Source: Octopus bimaculoides (lineage: Eukaryota). Taken from it: 64,000 bases of DNA. The notes under the pieces are model-generated. The model made no database searches. It saw only the letters and a list, made by a program, of their open reading frames with translations, and had not been told where the DNA came from. Within the stretch, counting starts at the first letter, position 1, and each line of letters starts with the position of its first letter. The stretch is taken from positions 26,901,647 to 26,965,646 of the forward strand of contig NC_068991.1 of assembly GCF_001194135.2 (NCBI RefSeq), read 5' to 3'. Of this stretch, positions 12,456 to 25,069 are shown piece by piece. Both the position numbers and the translations under genes were made by a program.

Positions 12456-13814
12456 TTTATTCTCCTTATTAAATATTACAACAAACTTATTACACTTCAG
12501 ATTTCAAATTTCGATCGTTAATCGTCATTTTCGGCGAAAAGCAAGATAAATATTGACTCGTTAAAGAAAATTTCATATCGACCACCGAATAAATTAAATA
12601 TCAGTAACACATACATATATATATTATACTGAAACACATACATAACTTCACCACGACAAGGCACGGAGTTGGTAGGGCGATGGATTGTAAGTCTTCTAAT
12701 ATTTAATTTCATCTGTTTATAATTGCAGTTCAGATATTAATATACCACCAATAATTTACGTGTCGTTCTAGATTATTTGAACTGCCTCTGTTCAACAAAT
12801 TCTGAAATAATTTTTGCTATAAATATATATTATTCACTAAAAAAATATTATATGATTTCGTAAAAATTATGAAATTTAATTTTAAAACTATGATATTAAT
12901 ATTCATACATTGCATAATCATTGAAAATTTATAGAAGAAATAAGCAGAAATATAAACGAAATATTTAATTGTTTCTCACTTTATAACCAAGATTTCTCCT
13001 TAAGTTAACGAAACTTCAAGCGTAGCAATTATTGATCGCTTTGATATATCAACGATTGATTCGTTTTCAGTATTTTTTTTTTATCTGCTTCAATACAGTC
13101 AGAGTTATTGTTTCCTAAATGATATTACTATTTTATCACAAGCAATAACTTTCATTCACAAATAATGAAAAATATGATTTCACATCCTATATACAACCGA
13201 AGCGAAATGTTTTTTTTTAATATTTCTCACTATTACATCATCTAACTGTTGAAACAAATCAGTCGCTATATATAATTAAATGCAACTCTTTTAAAGAGAT
13301 GAAACCGAAACATCAATAGATGATCAGGAATTATCTTGTTTAAATACATAGGGTTAATGAAAACACGAGCAGACATTAAATTTTAAGAGGTAATAGAAAG
13401 TTATATATTGCGTTGAGTCATGATTAAACAACGTCAACCGTAATCTGTTCAGCAGTACAGATAGATATACTTCTCCACACAAGAGCAACATTTCGAGGCA
13501 ACATTTGCAAACGTTTTGTATGCACAGGCCTAAATGATTCTAGAAGTTAAAATAATAAATATGCAGTTGTTTTTACTCACACAAATTTATCTCTAAATTA
13601 TATTATAAGTTATTAGAATTTATTGAAAATTTGTAACTCAAAATATGGAGCATAGAATTATGTGGTGATTTATCTGATTTTAAGGACGGAACTCAAGTTT
13701 GGCCATAGTGAAATTTGAATTAAAATCATAAATACTTATTACTACATGCAAAAAGACTTAATTCTTCGCCTTACCAACTCCGTCTTCTACCCCTTTAGAA
13801 TTATTTCTCTTCTA

Positions 13815-14000
13815 GGCACAAAGCCTTGAAAATATGTCCGGAAGGGGGATAGTCGATAACATCGATTCCAGTGCGTAACTAATATTTATTTTAACGACAA
13901 CGAAAGGATCGGCGGAATTTGAACTCAGAACGTAGCGGCAGACGAAATACAGCTAGGCATTTCACCCGGTCTGCTAACGGTTCTGCCAGCTCGCCGCCCT
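13815..14000 (-). mobile_element. SINE family A
   Basis: ggcggaatttgaactcagaacgtagcggcagacgaaatacagctaggcatttcacccggtctgctaacggttctgccagctcgccgcc. Confidence 0.8.
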
Positions 14001-14026
14001 TCTACCGCTTCAGAATTGATATTTAC

Positions 14027-14181
14027 TGCAAGCAGAAGTGGATACCAGTATGCATCCACTTCTGGTTGCATATCCTTGATTTTACACGTTCCATCTGCCA
14101 ACATTTCAACTCCTATGTACTTCAGAGCCAAAGAAATATCTCTAGGTTTTCTGTACCTTTTACTCATCATGCAAGTTAGTC
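14027..14181 (-). CDS. Candidate internal coding exon ((G)LTCMMSKRYRKPRDISLALKYIGVEMLADGTCKIKDMQPEVDAYWYPLLLA)
   Basis: Strong acceptor aaacatattttacag; 51 open codons with protein-like composition; donors either GCA|gtaaat (phase 0, 14027) or TG|gtatcc (phase 2, 14046). Confidence 0.5.
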
Positions 14182-16065
14182 CTGTAAAATATGTTTCTAC
14201 ACGAATATTCGTCTTCTGAATATTTTCACTTTACGTTACTTTCTCTATGTGTATATTCCTATATATATTTATATATGTAAACATGTATGTATGTATGTAT
14301 GTATATATATATATAAATANNNNNNNNNNNNNNNNNNNNNNNNNNNNNNNNNNNNNNNNNNNNNNNNNNNNNNNNNNNNNNNNNNNNNNNNNNNNNNNNN
14401 NNNNNNNNNNNNNNNNNNNNNNNNNNNNNNNNNNNNNNNNNNNNNNNNNNNNNNNNNNNNNNNNNNNNNNNNNNNNNNNNNNNNNNNNNNNNNNNNNNNN
14501 NNNNNNNNNNNNNNNNNNNNNNNNNNNNNNNNNNNNNNNNNNNNNNNNNNNNNNNNNNNNNNNNNNNNNNNNNNNNNNNNNNNNNNNNNNNNNNNNNNNN
14601 NNNNNNNNNNNNNNNNNNNNNNNNNNNNNNNNNNNNNNNNNNNNNNNNNNNNNNNNNNNNNNNNNNNNNNNNNNNNNNNNNNNNNNNNNNNNNNNNNNNN
14701 NNNNNNNNNNNNNNNNNNNNNNNNNNNNNNNNNNNNNNNNNNNNNNNNNNNNNNNNNNNNNNNNNNNNNNNNNNNNNNNNNNNNNNNNNNNNNNNNNNNN
14801 NNNNNNNNNNNNNNNNNNNNNNNNNNNNNNNNNNNNNNNNNNNNNNNNNNNNNNNNNNNNNNNNNNNNNNNNNNNNNNNNNNNNNNNNNNNNNNNNNNNN
14901 NNNNNNNNNNNNNNNNNNNNNNNNNNNNNNNNNNNNNNNNNNNNNNNNNNNNNNNNNNNNNNNNNNNNNNNNNNNNNNNNNNNNNNNNNNNNNNNNNNNN
15001 NNNNNNNNNNNNNNNNNNNNNNNNNNNNNNNNNNNNNNNNNNNNNNNNNNNNNNNNNNNNNNNNNNNNNNNNNNNNNNNNNNNNNNNNNNNNNNNNNNNN
15101 NNNNNNNNNNNNNNNNNNNNNNNNNNNNNNNNNNNNNNNNNNNNNNNNNNNNNNNNNNNNNNNNNNNNNNNNNNNNNNNNNNNNNNNNNNNNNNNNNNNN
15201 NNNNNNNNNNNATATATGCGGTTAAAATGGCAACGGGGAACTCGTCGGGTTTTTAGACAGTTTAGAGTTGGGTGTTTGAATGTGTGTATGTGTTTTTCTC
15301 TCTCTCTCTGTGCTTGTGTGTGACGCTACTGTGTGCACGTTTTTGTGTTTACGCGTGAATATTGTCTGTCTTTATGCGTGTTTGTGAGTGCGCGTCGCTG
15401 CTCGCAGTCGGTTGCTCGCAGTCGGTGCGTGTGTATGGTGTTTTAGATAATTTGTGCCTGAAGTTAATGTGTATGTTCCGTGTTTGTGCGTATACATATG
15501 TGTGTGAGTGAGCGTGTATGTGTGTGTGTCTGTTTGTCTATGTGTGTCTGTGTGTGCGAATGCGTGTGCGTGCGTTTATATGTGAATGCATGAACCTTAT
15601 ATTTAGACACATATAGTATACCAATGTACTCATCTAACCTAATTGATGCATATAAACACACACATGCACACACACACACATACACACTCATATATATANN
15701 NNNNNNNNNNNNNNNNNNNNNNNNNNNNNNNNNNNNNNNNNNNNNNNNNNNNNNNNNNNNNNNNNNNNNNNNNNNNNNNNNNNNNNNNNNNNNNNNNNNN
15801 NNNNNNNNNNNNNNNNNNNNNNNNNNNNNNNNNNNNNNNNNNNNNNNNNNNNNNNNNNNNNNNNNNNNNNNNNNNNNNNNNNNNNNNNNNNNNNNNNNNN
15901 NNNNNNNNNNNNNNNNNNNNNNNNNNNNNNNNNNNNNNNNNNNNNNNNNNNNNNNNNNNNNNNNNNNNNNNNNNNNNNNNNNNNNNNNNNNNNNNNNNNN
16001 NNNNNNNNNNNNNNNNNNNNNNNNNNNNNNNNNNNNNNNNNNNNNNNNNNNNNNNNNNNNNNNNN

Positions 16066-16215
16066 TAGTGCGCAACTGGTACTTAATTTATCGACCTCGA
16101 AAGGATGAAAGGCAAAGTCGACCTCGGCGGAATTTGAACTCAGAACGTAATGGCAGACAAAACACCGCTAAGCATTTCGCCCGGCGTGCTAACGTTTCTG
16201 CCAGCTAACCGCCTT
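16066..16215 (-). mobile_element. SINE family A
   Basis: Well-preserved: ttatcgacctcgaaaggatgaaaggcaaagtcgacctcggcggaatttgaactcagaacgtaa...ctgccagctaaccgcc. Confidence 0.85.
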
Positions 16216-16221
16216 TCTTCC

Positions 16222-16415
16222 TGTTTATGTTGTACCTGCAATTCAAGCGGGCAAGCCTTGTCACACTCTGTGTCATGCTGAATCTCCCTGAGATCTACGT
16301 TAAGCGTACAAGTGTCTGTGGAGTGCTGAGTCACTCGCACCTTAGTTTCCCGAGCAGGCTGTTCCCTTGATCGGATCAACTGGAGCCCTCGTCGTCGTAA
16401 CCGACGTAGTGCCAC
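16222..16415 (+). mobile_element. SINE family C, 3' half
   Basis: Colinear with 11205-11400 (agccttgtcacact...ctacgttaag...gagcaggctgttcc...gtcgtaaccgacg.agtgcca). Confidence 0.8.
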
Positions 16416-16417
16416 GA

Positions 16418-16467
<50 letters not shown>

Positions 16468-17944
16468 NNNNNNNNNNTGTATATATATATATATTGGTGG
16501 GCTTTCGCGTAGTGTATGGAGGTAGCAAATAATGGCAGTTATAAAGTATCTTCATGCTTCGAAATATAATACCTGAAAGATTTTCAATTACATTTCAAAG
16601 AATTGTATTTTACTTTTTATATATGCAGTAACTTAAGATATTTATTCCAAATTCTATTTATAACCTAATTCCGTTCCATCTCCGTTCTGATTAGCTGTAT
16701 CTTTTCTTCTGTAAAATCGATAAATTTATTTGCATTAATCTTACTACCATCTTCATAAATATGCCATTACACAGATATATACATATTTGCTTTAACAGTT
16801 TAAATTTGCAATACCAGAAATAAATATAGTAGACACGAGATTGTAAGTTTATTTTTCTGTATTAGTGTCTGTTTAACCCATCTTGCACTCTTTCAATGTG
16901 TGTACGCAGGACATGAGATAACGGAGAAACAGGACACGAGATAAAACTAAATGTGCATGCAAGAACTATCCCACTAAATCCATGATACGAAACCAATGCC
17001 TGTCAAAATACGCATTATATTACTTCAAATACCTGACAACTTGATATAATTGGATCTCTGTATCAGTGAGCCACATTAACAGTACAACTGACTTCCTACT
17101 TGTCATACGTATTTTCCTTTAAAGATTACTATAATTGTACAACGATTGGACTCCTATACTGGCTTTACATAAATAAATTCGACTCACTGACGCGTTGCAT
17201 CCCGGTATATCGGCCTTCCAGCAGGTTAAGTCTCCCAACAGTGGTTCCTAACCCTTTTATTTAAATGAGTTTTCCCACGGTCACCTTTTATTATACCCAT
17301 TCCTATACCTACATACATACATGCATACATACATACATATATATATATNNNNNNNNNNNNNNNNNNNNNNNNNNNNNNNNNNNNNNNNNNNNNNNNNNNN
17401 NNNNNNNNNNNNNNNNNNNNNNNNNNNNNNNNNNNNNNNNNNNNNNNNNNNNNNNNNNNNNNNNNNNNNNNNNNNNNNNNNNNNNNNNNNNNNNNNNNNN
17501 NNNNNNNNNNNNNNNNNNNNNNNNNNNNNNNNNNNNNNNNNNNNNNNNNNNNNNNNNNNNNNNNNNNNNNNNNNNNNNNNNNNNNNNNNNNNNNNNNNNN
17601 NNNNNNNNNNNNNNNNNNNNNNNNNNNNNNNNNNNNNNNNNNNNNNNNNNNNNNNNNNNNNNNNNNNNNNNNNNNNNNNNNNNNNNNNNNNNNNNNNNNN
17701 NNNNNNNNNNNNNNNNNNNNNNNNNNNNNNNNNNNNNNNNNNNNNNNNNNNNNNNNNNNNNNNNNNNNNNNNNNNNNNNNNNNNNNNNNNNNNNNNNNNN
17801 NNNNNNNNNNNNNNNNNNNNNNNNNNNNNNNNNNNNNNNNNNNNNNNNNNNNNNNNNNNNNNNNNNNNNNNNNNNNNNNNNNNNNNNNNNNNNNNNNNNN
17901 NNNNNNNNNNNNNNNNNNNNNNNNNNNNNNNNNNNNNNNNNNNN

Positions 17945-17981
<37 letters not shown>

Positions 17982-17982
<1 letters not shown>

Positions 17983-18150
17983 GGAGAATTCACGAAAAAG
18001 CAACAGACGAAGGCAGGTGGTGTAAACAAGAAATGGATGTATTAGTATAACGCTCGGGAATAGAGAATGTCTTTAACGTTTCGAGCCTACGCTCTTCAAC
18101 AGAAAGGAACACAGACAGGAACAAGGAGAGAAAAATATATGTGTAGTGGT
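17982..18150 (-). mobile_element. Penelope-like element terminal repeat fragment
   Basis: Carries the CTG.TGAAGAGC...GCTCGAAACGT motif characteristic of Penelope-like terminal repeats; embedded in (TA)n. Confidence 0.55.
18071..18106 (-). ncRNA. Minimal type I hammerhead-ribozyme-like motif (variant core)
   Basis: Minus strand CUUU-CUGUUGA-A-GAGC(GUAG)GCUC-GAA-ACGU-U-AAAG: stem I CUUU/AAAG, stem II GAGC/GCUC, palindromic stem III ACGU. Deviations are A6U, one extra A and a GUU cleavage triplet. Confidence 0.55.
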
Positions 18151-18167
18151 CAGCGATCTATCATGGC

Positions 18168-18203
<36 letters not shown>

Positions 18204-18543
18204 ATTTGAATTTAGTTCACCGACCTCCAGTACTACCTTTGCGGACCGTAGGGGTCAGAGGACCCCCGATTGGGAAATATTGGCCTATGCAATGCACATA
18301 TGCACCGACTGGCATAATAATTGTTTACTGATAAGTGCTTATATCAGCAAACCAGTGCAAAAAATGGTTATTTACTTCGTTTCCATCGCGATCTCTGAAC
18401 GATTATACGCATATGTCTTCTCCAATGACCAGTATATTTTGCATCTGAACGTCCCGAGACGTGATAAGAATAAATCTAGGGACAATTGTGCCAGGGCTCA
18501 GTGTACGCTGAGGAAATAACGAATCTCTCTGTCTCTCTTTCTC

Positions 18544-18602
<59 letters not shown>

Positions 18603-20730
18603 TTCAGTTATTGACGGATTATCAAAAAACATTGTTTAAATTAGTAAAGAGCTCCGTGTATTTTGGTCCGAGATTATAGTGGGTCACCATTCTATATCGT
18701 AAATCCATTGTTATGTACCAGTGATACTGGTTTTTACACAGAATGATATACAAGAAAAAGCATAAATAATTGTCATTACATTTTTTTCTTTATTTTAGTA
18801 AATTTGACTTACATTTGTTTCCAGTAGTCGTTATAGTTTCGTTATTGATTAGTTTATCCAAACGGGTCAATTATTAGTTGAAAAAAAACTGAACAGCTTA
18901 GAAAGTTAATGCTACTTTCGTCATAGTCATTTCTGGTTATGACCAAGCAGAACACTAACACTCAACGAATGTTACGAGAAGTAGCAATAAGAATAAGGTA
19001 TTTCACCCTCTGCTTCTATTTAATATCCAAACCTAGCAAAGCTTGCAAAGGTATCATTAACTTTCTAAGTCGTTCAATTTTAATCAACCGATCCATGAGC
19101 CGATTGAGTAAGAACTTATAATGAGTACTGGAAACTTCTGTAATTCAGATTAACTATAATAAAGAAAAACATGTAATGACCATTATTCATACCTTTATAT
19201 ACATATAAATATACATGTGTATGCGCGTGCACATGTGTGTGTCTTGTGTGTGTGAGTGTGTGTGTGTATGTGTGTATATATATTCTTTTATTCGCTTAAT
19301 CTTTTATTTTTTTCTCTCATTTGACTGTGCCCATGCTGCAGCCTTTAGTCGTCGAACAAACAGACTTATTCTTTCTAAGTCTAGTAATTATTCCATTAGA
19401 TTTTTACCGAACCGCTAAGTTTCGAGGACACAAANNNNNNNNNNNNNNNNNNNNNNNNNNNNNNNNNNNNNNNNNNNNNNNNNNNNNNNNNNNNNNNNNN
19501 NNNNNNNNNNNNNNNNNNNNNNNNNNNNNNNNNNTATGTATGTATTTTTATGTATTCATTTCTGTATGGAATCAATAGATATATATGTTGTCTTTTTCCC
19601 AGTTTTCATTTCGTTTACACATTTCCTTTTCTGTGTTGTATTTTGCCATTGCAGACGCGACAGTAATGTAAATGTTGGCAGTTGTAAGTAGATCTTTTAG
19701 TAATCGATGTCACAACTTTCCTGGATGTTATATCGTATATAGATTATTTCGTACAATATTAAATGGTGTCAGACATAAATTATAAAAACCTATGAAAAGA
19801 CTCGAAATATAATTGAGAAAAATACATTTTCGATAAGAGATTTACATAAATGTAGATGCTATTATGATTCTCATCTCGATTTAAATGAAAAAGCAGAACA
19901 CACAGAGAACAAGCTCCATTTAACATAAAATATATTATGGATATCGACATACGACCATGAGAATAACATTTCACTCAGGACGGAAATTGGTAAAGAAATA
20001 TTTTTGTAATATTCAATAGCAACATAGAATGGGACAGAACTTAAAAGAAAGGAATTAAAAGAAGATAAGTGCAATCAAACGCGGCAGAGACAGAAGTCTT
20101 GGCTCCATGGTGGGGAATGTTTTATGTATCAATGGTATGTGCATCAATAGAGAGGAAGTTGCAACTTGACGAACGGATCTCGTTTTTGTTCATTCATCAT
20201 CTATACACATCGACTGCGGTTTTATATCTTTGTGTGTGTGTGTATACATACATAAATACATATATATATATATANNNNNNNNNNNNNNNNNNNNNNNNNN
20301 NNNNNNNNNNNNNNNNNNNNNNNNNNNNNNNNNNNNNNNNNNNNNNNNNNNNNNNNNNNNNNNNNNNNNNNNNNNNNNNNNNNNNNNNNNNNNNNNNNNN
20401 NNNNNNNNNNNNNNNNNNNNNNNNNNNNNNNNNNNNNNNNNNNNNNNNNNNNNNNNNNNNNNNNNNNNNNNNNNNNNNNNNNNNNNNNNNNNNNNNNNNN
20501 NNNNNNNNNNNNNNNNNNNNNNNNNNNNNNNNNNNNNNNNNNNNNNNNNNNNNNNNNNNNNNNNNNNNNNNNNNNNNNNNNNNNNNNNNNNNNNNNNNNN
20601 NNNNNNNNNNNNNNNNNNNNNNNNNNNNNNNNNNNNNNNNNNNNNNNNNNNNNNNNNNNNNNNNNNNNNNNNNNNNNNNNNNNNNNNNNNNNNNNNNNNN
20701 NNNNNNNNNNNNNNNNNNNNNNNNNNNNNN

Positions 20731-20768
<38 letters not shown>

Positions 20769-21116
20769 CATATATACATTTTACATACACATCTATATAA
20801 TGAACACACACACATGTATATATATATTTACACTCGCATACGCACACACGCATACAGACACACATACATGTATGTATCTATGCTCGTGTGTATGAATGTG
20901 CAGTGCAATAATCTTTCTCTTACCCGATTCGAAAAGTGTTATTTTGAGAGACACCAATGAAAGGAAGAGAAATGATATAGATAGTAATAAAGGTATCGGA
21001 TATTCATTTCAATTACCACGGTCGATTTTGACGATAAACTAGAATACCAGATATATACAATATACAGATCTAGTTGTGATGGATAGGTATTTTCAAGGTA
21101 CGAATCTGAATGGCTT

Positions 21117-21213
21117 TTGTTGTTGTTGTTGTTATTATTATTACTGATGTTGACGGTAATGATGATGATCATGATGACGACTACGACGACGACGACTTTG
21201 ATGATGATAGTCA
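21117..21213. repeat. Compound trinucleotide repeats (TTG)n (TTA)n (GAT)n (GAC)n
   Basis: Directly visible. Confidence 0.85.
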
Positions 21214-21599
21214 TTAAATCTAGCTAATCTGGACCTTGCCGGGAAAACGTATATCTATGATTATCCCATCTATATTTCCTTGTGAGGCAAGGTTATAATT
21301 TGAAGGAGTCTGTGATGCTAATTGCTGCAGGATGTATCCTTTTGAGCAGGGTGGCCACCGGTGTAATTGATATTATGTTCTATTCTCAACTGGGGTGAAA
21401 TTTCTCTGAAAGCTGAAACAATTTTAAGGATCACAGTTACTACCATGATACATTTGAGTGAGAAACATGTATTATCTCGTACTATTTTCTAACTCCTTCC
21501 TAACACAAAATTTAGTGTTTATTTCTATATCCTGTAGTTTAGCTTTTGGGCTGGAGCTTATCGCAATTTCCGAGGCGGTTATGCAAATGAGATCACGAA

Positions 21600-21803
21600 A
21601 CTTCCCACCCATACTGAACAGTTGTCCTTCACAGTGTTTCGCTCACTCCGTACTGCTATCGCTGGCACTCACCGTCAACTGGCTGAATTGCAGCAACATA
21701 AACTAAAGTGCTTTGTTCAAGAACACGTGCACTCACCGGTTTTCGAATCGAAAACACAAACTGACGAATCTGAGCCCAATTCCCAAGCCACTATACCACG
21801 CGT
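21600..21803 (-). mobile_element. Decayed tRNA-derived SINE (fourth head type)
   Basis: Minus strand gcgtggtatagtggcttggg...ttcgattcg...gtgttcttgaacaaagcacttt: box A/box B-like motifs followed by a typical SINE body motif. Confidence 0.45.
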
Positions 21804-22413
21804 CTTTAAGACCTCTTCTCTTACTTATATAATATACAAAATCAGGGAGAGGAGGGGAGGGGAGGGTGGTGAGGGGAGAGAGAGAAAGGGAAAGAGTGTA
21901 AAAACAAATTTCTGATTTTCTATTGTTGCAGGGAGTGTCGTAATTTCCCCTGTATTCCTAGCTTTCTCAACATGATTTACTTTGAATATAAAGTTATAGC
22001 ACACTCCTTTGTAATAAGCTTTTTCTAAGCAAATAACAGTTACATAGTTCTACATAGAACGCTAGCATTCCTATAATCATTGAACATCGTAGAATCTACA
22101 ATTTAAAACTTTGCCCACTATTACTTTTCAAGCTGAATTGAAGTAATTATATTTTATTTCCATCCCAGCAGTTTCGCTCGTCACAAAAATCAAAAGAGTT
22201 ATGGGTGAGTAGGAACATATTATTTTTCTATTTCAATATTCAAAAGATCGTAAAATAAATTCAATTGTTAAAATAATCGTTTGTAAGTAGTAGCCATATC
22301 ACATACCGATGTTTTCTTTTCATACTAACAGTCCTCGGATACGCTTTTCAAATTCTCTTGTTTATTTGTGTTATGTAACAAATAAATTACTGTATGTATG
22401 TGTTTCAACGTTT

Positions 22414-22444
<31 letters not shown>

Positions 22445-24378
22445 CTTTTATTGTGCGTATGAATATTTGCATCATTGTGAAGAGAGCAAATTTAAGAATA
22501 CTGTCACAATAGTATCTTCTATAACACTACAACAGTAAATCATAGATAAAGTAAGCCATTTTTGACACAAATAATACTTAATAATAAGTGACTGGTGTGT
22601 TAATAGTATTTTCTCTATTATACTACGATGTACAATGGAATTACTATAAAGACTTTTAGCCAACGCAGTCTGTAAATACAAATTAAATAACTTGTTACTT
22701 AATACGATATGTTTTGGAAACATCATATGAACAATAAACTACGCCGGTTTCAATACTTCTATTCAGTTCCATATAAGCGAGTGACCATGCGTTTTAAATA
22801 TCCCATTAATCTATTAATATGAAGGCTTAACATTTCAGAAACTGATTGTCACTATTTTCATAAATAACTATCGGTATAATAGCAGCAACTTGTTATAGGG
22901 ATACTATGAGATGATAAAATAATGTTTAGCATCTGCGTCTTGAGATGAGGCTATCTTCATAAGTGCTTCTCATAACTATAAACAAATAATTAGTAAAAAT
23001 GATGTTACAGATAAAATACACTCGATCATTCGCCCCGACATTTCCCGGAAACATTCACACTATAATCTAAACTTTATTTTGAATATACCTTTTCGTATAA
23101 CCAGACATTCAAATTTAATTTCCTAACTTTTCCCGATAAATATGCATAGCCTTTATTATATGAATACTGCGTAGGTAAACTATATTTATTGTAAAACTTC
23201 CAATAGCAATTTTAAAGTCATTTTCTCTTCATGGAAGTTGTCTTTTGAAGGCTTTGATCTACAGTGCTAAAGTAATCCTCGGCTACAATAATTTTGTGAT
23301 AACCAACAGCAGTGTAATAAGACAAAAAGCAAAATTTTAAGTAATCTGAAAAGTGATATAATAATTATTTTTTACCATCTTTAAATTCTAAATGTATTAT
23401 GAATTCCAACGGTTGATTCCCAGTCATTCCATAATTTCAGCATTTAATAATTTCCATGAAAATGCGCGATGCCAGATTTAGTGAATTAGAAGTTGGCAGG
23501 GTTATTTCGAGCATTCCAAGTATATTTGTTAGTGTTAAACTGTTCTGATCTGTAAGAATGTGGCGAGTATATCGCCATACAGTGTTCTTCATAAACGTCT
23601 GTACTTTACAAGCATGCAGGCATGTTTTCGATTGACAGGAGATAGAGTGATCTCACGAGGCAGTGATATACTCCACATTTCCTGACATGCTAAAGATAAA
23701 CTAAATAAACCGTTTAAAATCGTTCTTCCCCTTTTCTTACAGCCACACATTCCTTTACAACTAAATCAACGACATCTCTTCACCCTAATATAAAACGACG
23801 TATCATATTCCTCTCCTAGGTAAAAATCAGTTAAGTCCTGTTTATATTCCAATTCTGCTGTAAAAGATAGTCTTTACTCAAAATCTTTCCGAAAAATGGG
23901 GTCTACACTACCTCAGATTCCACTCTCACCATCACGCACTTCCCTCATTTGGATATCCAAAACAGTGCGTTTAAAACACCCTGTCTCAAACATCGTCCCA
24001 TCCACTTCTCTGAATACATTGCCATCCATTTCCTAAATTTCTCCAGTCACGACCAACGTTTCAGCTATCCCTTTTCATGCACACGGGGCATTTTTTTAAT
24101 CTATCCTTCTCCAAATCATTCATCTTTGGTCGCATCACTGCTCACATCTTTTATTGAATCTCATGTATCTTATTTTGACATCGCCGGCACAAAATTTGAA
24201 TAATTTGCTTTGACAACTTACTACGTCAAACATTTCACTTTGGCAATTCGAACTTACAATACCACTTCAGTCGCTTCCAAACTTCAGAAGTTAACTGCAA
24301 AGGCATGACCCTTAGCAATATTCTTCCCCAACACTTCTCTCTCTCCCTTTTCCTTCTTTGTCTGTCTGTCTCTCTCTG

Positions 24379-24443
<65 letters not shown>

Positions 24444-25069
24444 NNNNNNNNNNNNNNNNNNNNNNNNNNNNNNNNNNNNNNNNNNNNNNNNNNNNNNNNN
24501 NNNNNNNNNNNNNNNNNNNNNNNNNNNNNNNNNNNNNNNNNNNNNNNNNNNNNNNNNNNNNNNNNNNNNNNNNNNNNNNNNNNNNNNNNNNNNNNNNNNN
24601 NNNNNNNNNNNNNNNNNNNNNNNNNNNNNNNNNNNNNNNNNNNNNNNNNNNNNNNNNNNNNNNNNNNNNNNNNNNNNNNNNNNNNNNNNNNNNNNNNNNN
24701 NNNNNNNNNNNNNNNNNNNNNNNNNNNNNNNNNNNNNNNNNNNNNNNNNNNNNNNNNNNNNNNNNNNNNNNNNNNNNNNNNNNNNNNNNNNNNNNNNNNN
24801 NNNNNNNNNNNNNNNNNNNNNNNNNNNNNNNNNNNNNNNNNNNNNNNNNNNNNNNNNNNNNNNNNNTATATATATATATATATATATATATATCCTCCAC
24901 CACGCAGCAACATGTGTGGACTCACTGCGTCCCTATAACATAGCTGTACCTCAAAAGATTCCGACAAAATAAGTACCAAGCTAAAAACTTTAGAACTAGA
25001 GTATATTTCTTCGACTAATTCCTGCCAGGTGATGCCCCAACCTTGCCGCAATCAATTGAATGAAACAAG

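Larger units (their letters stand above)
17239..18282. mobile_element. Possible hAT-type MITE ends enclosing a gap and a Penelope-like repeat
   Basis: Left cagtggttcctaacc and right (reverse complement) caatatttcccaatc match 10/15 and resemble Charlie-type TIRs. No 8-bp TSD. Confidence 0.3.

Noticed and set aside
15213-15440. CpG-richer patch with AAAATGGC (YY1/start-like) motif as a promoter
   Set aside because: It lies next to a gap and merges into TG-rich repeats; the ORF stops after 9 codons and there is no independent support.
21622-21915. 97-aa plus-strand ORF
   Set aside because: Antisense read-through of a decayed SINE and purine-rich low-complexity DNA.
23890-24330. C/T-skewed segment that looks like a decayed retroelement
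   Set aside because: No diagnostic motif could be read in any frame.
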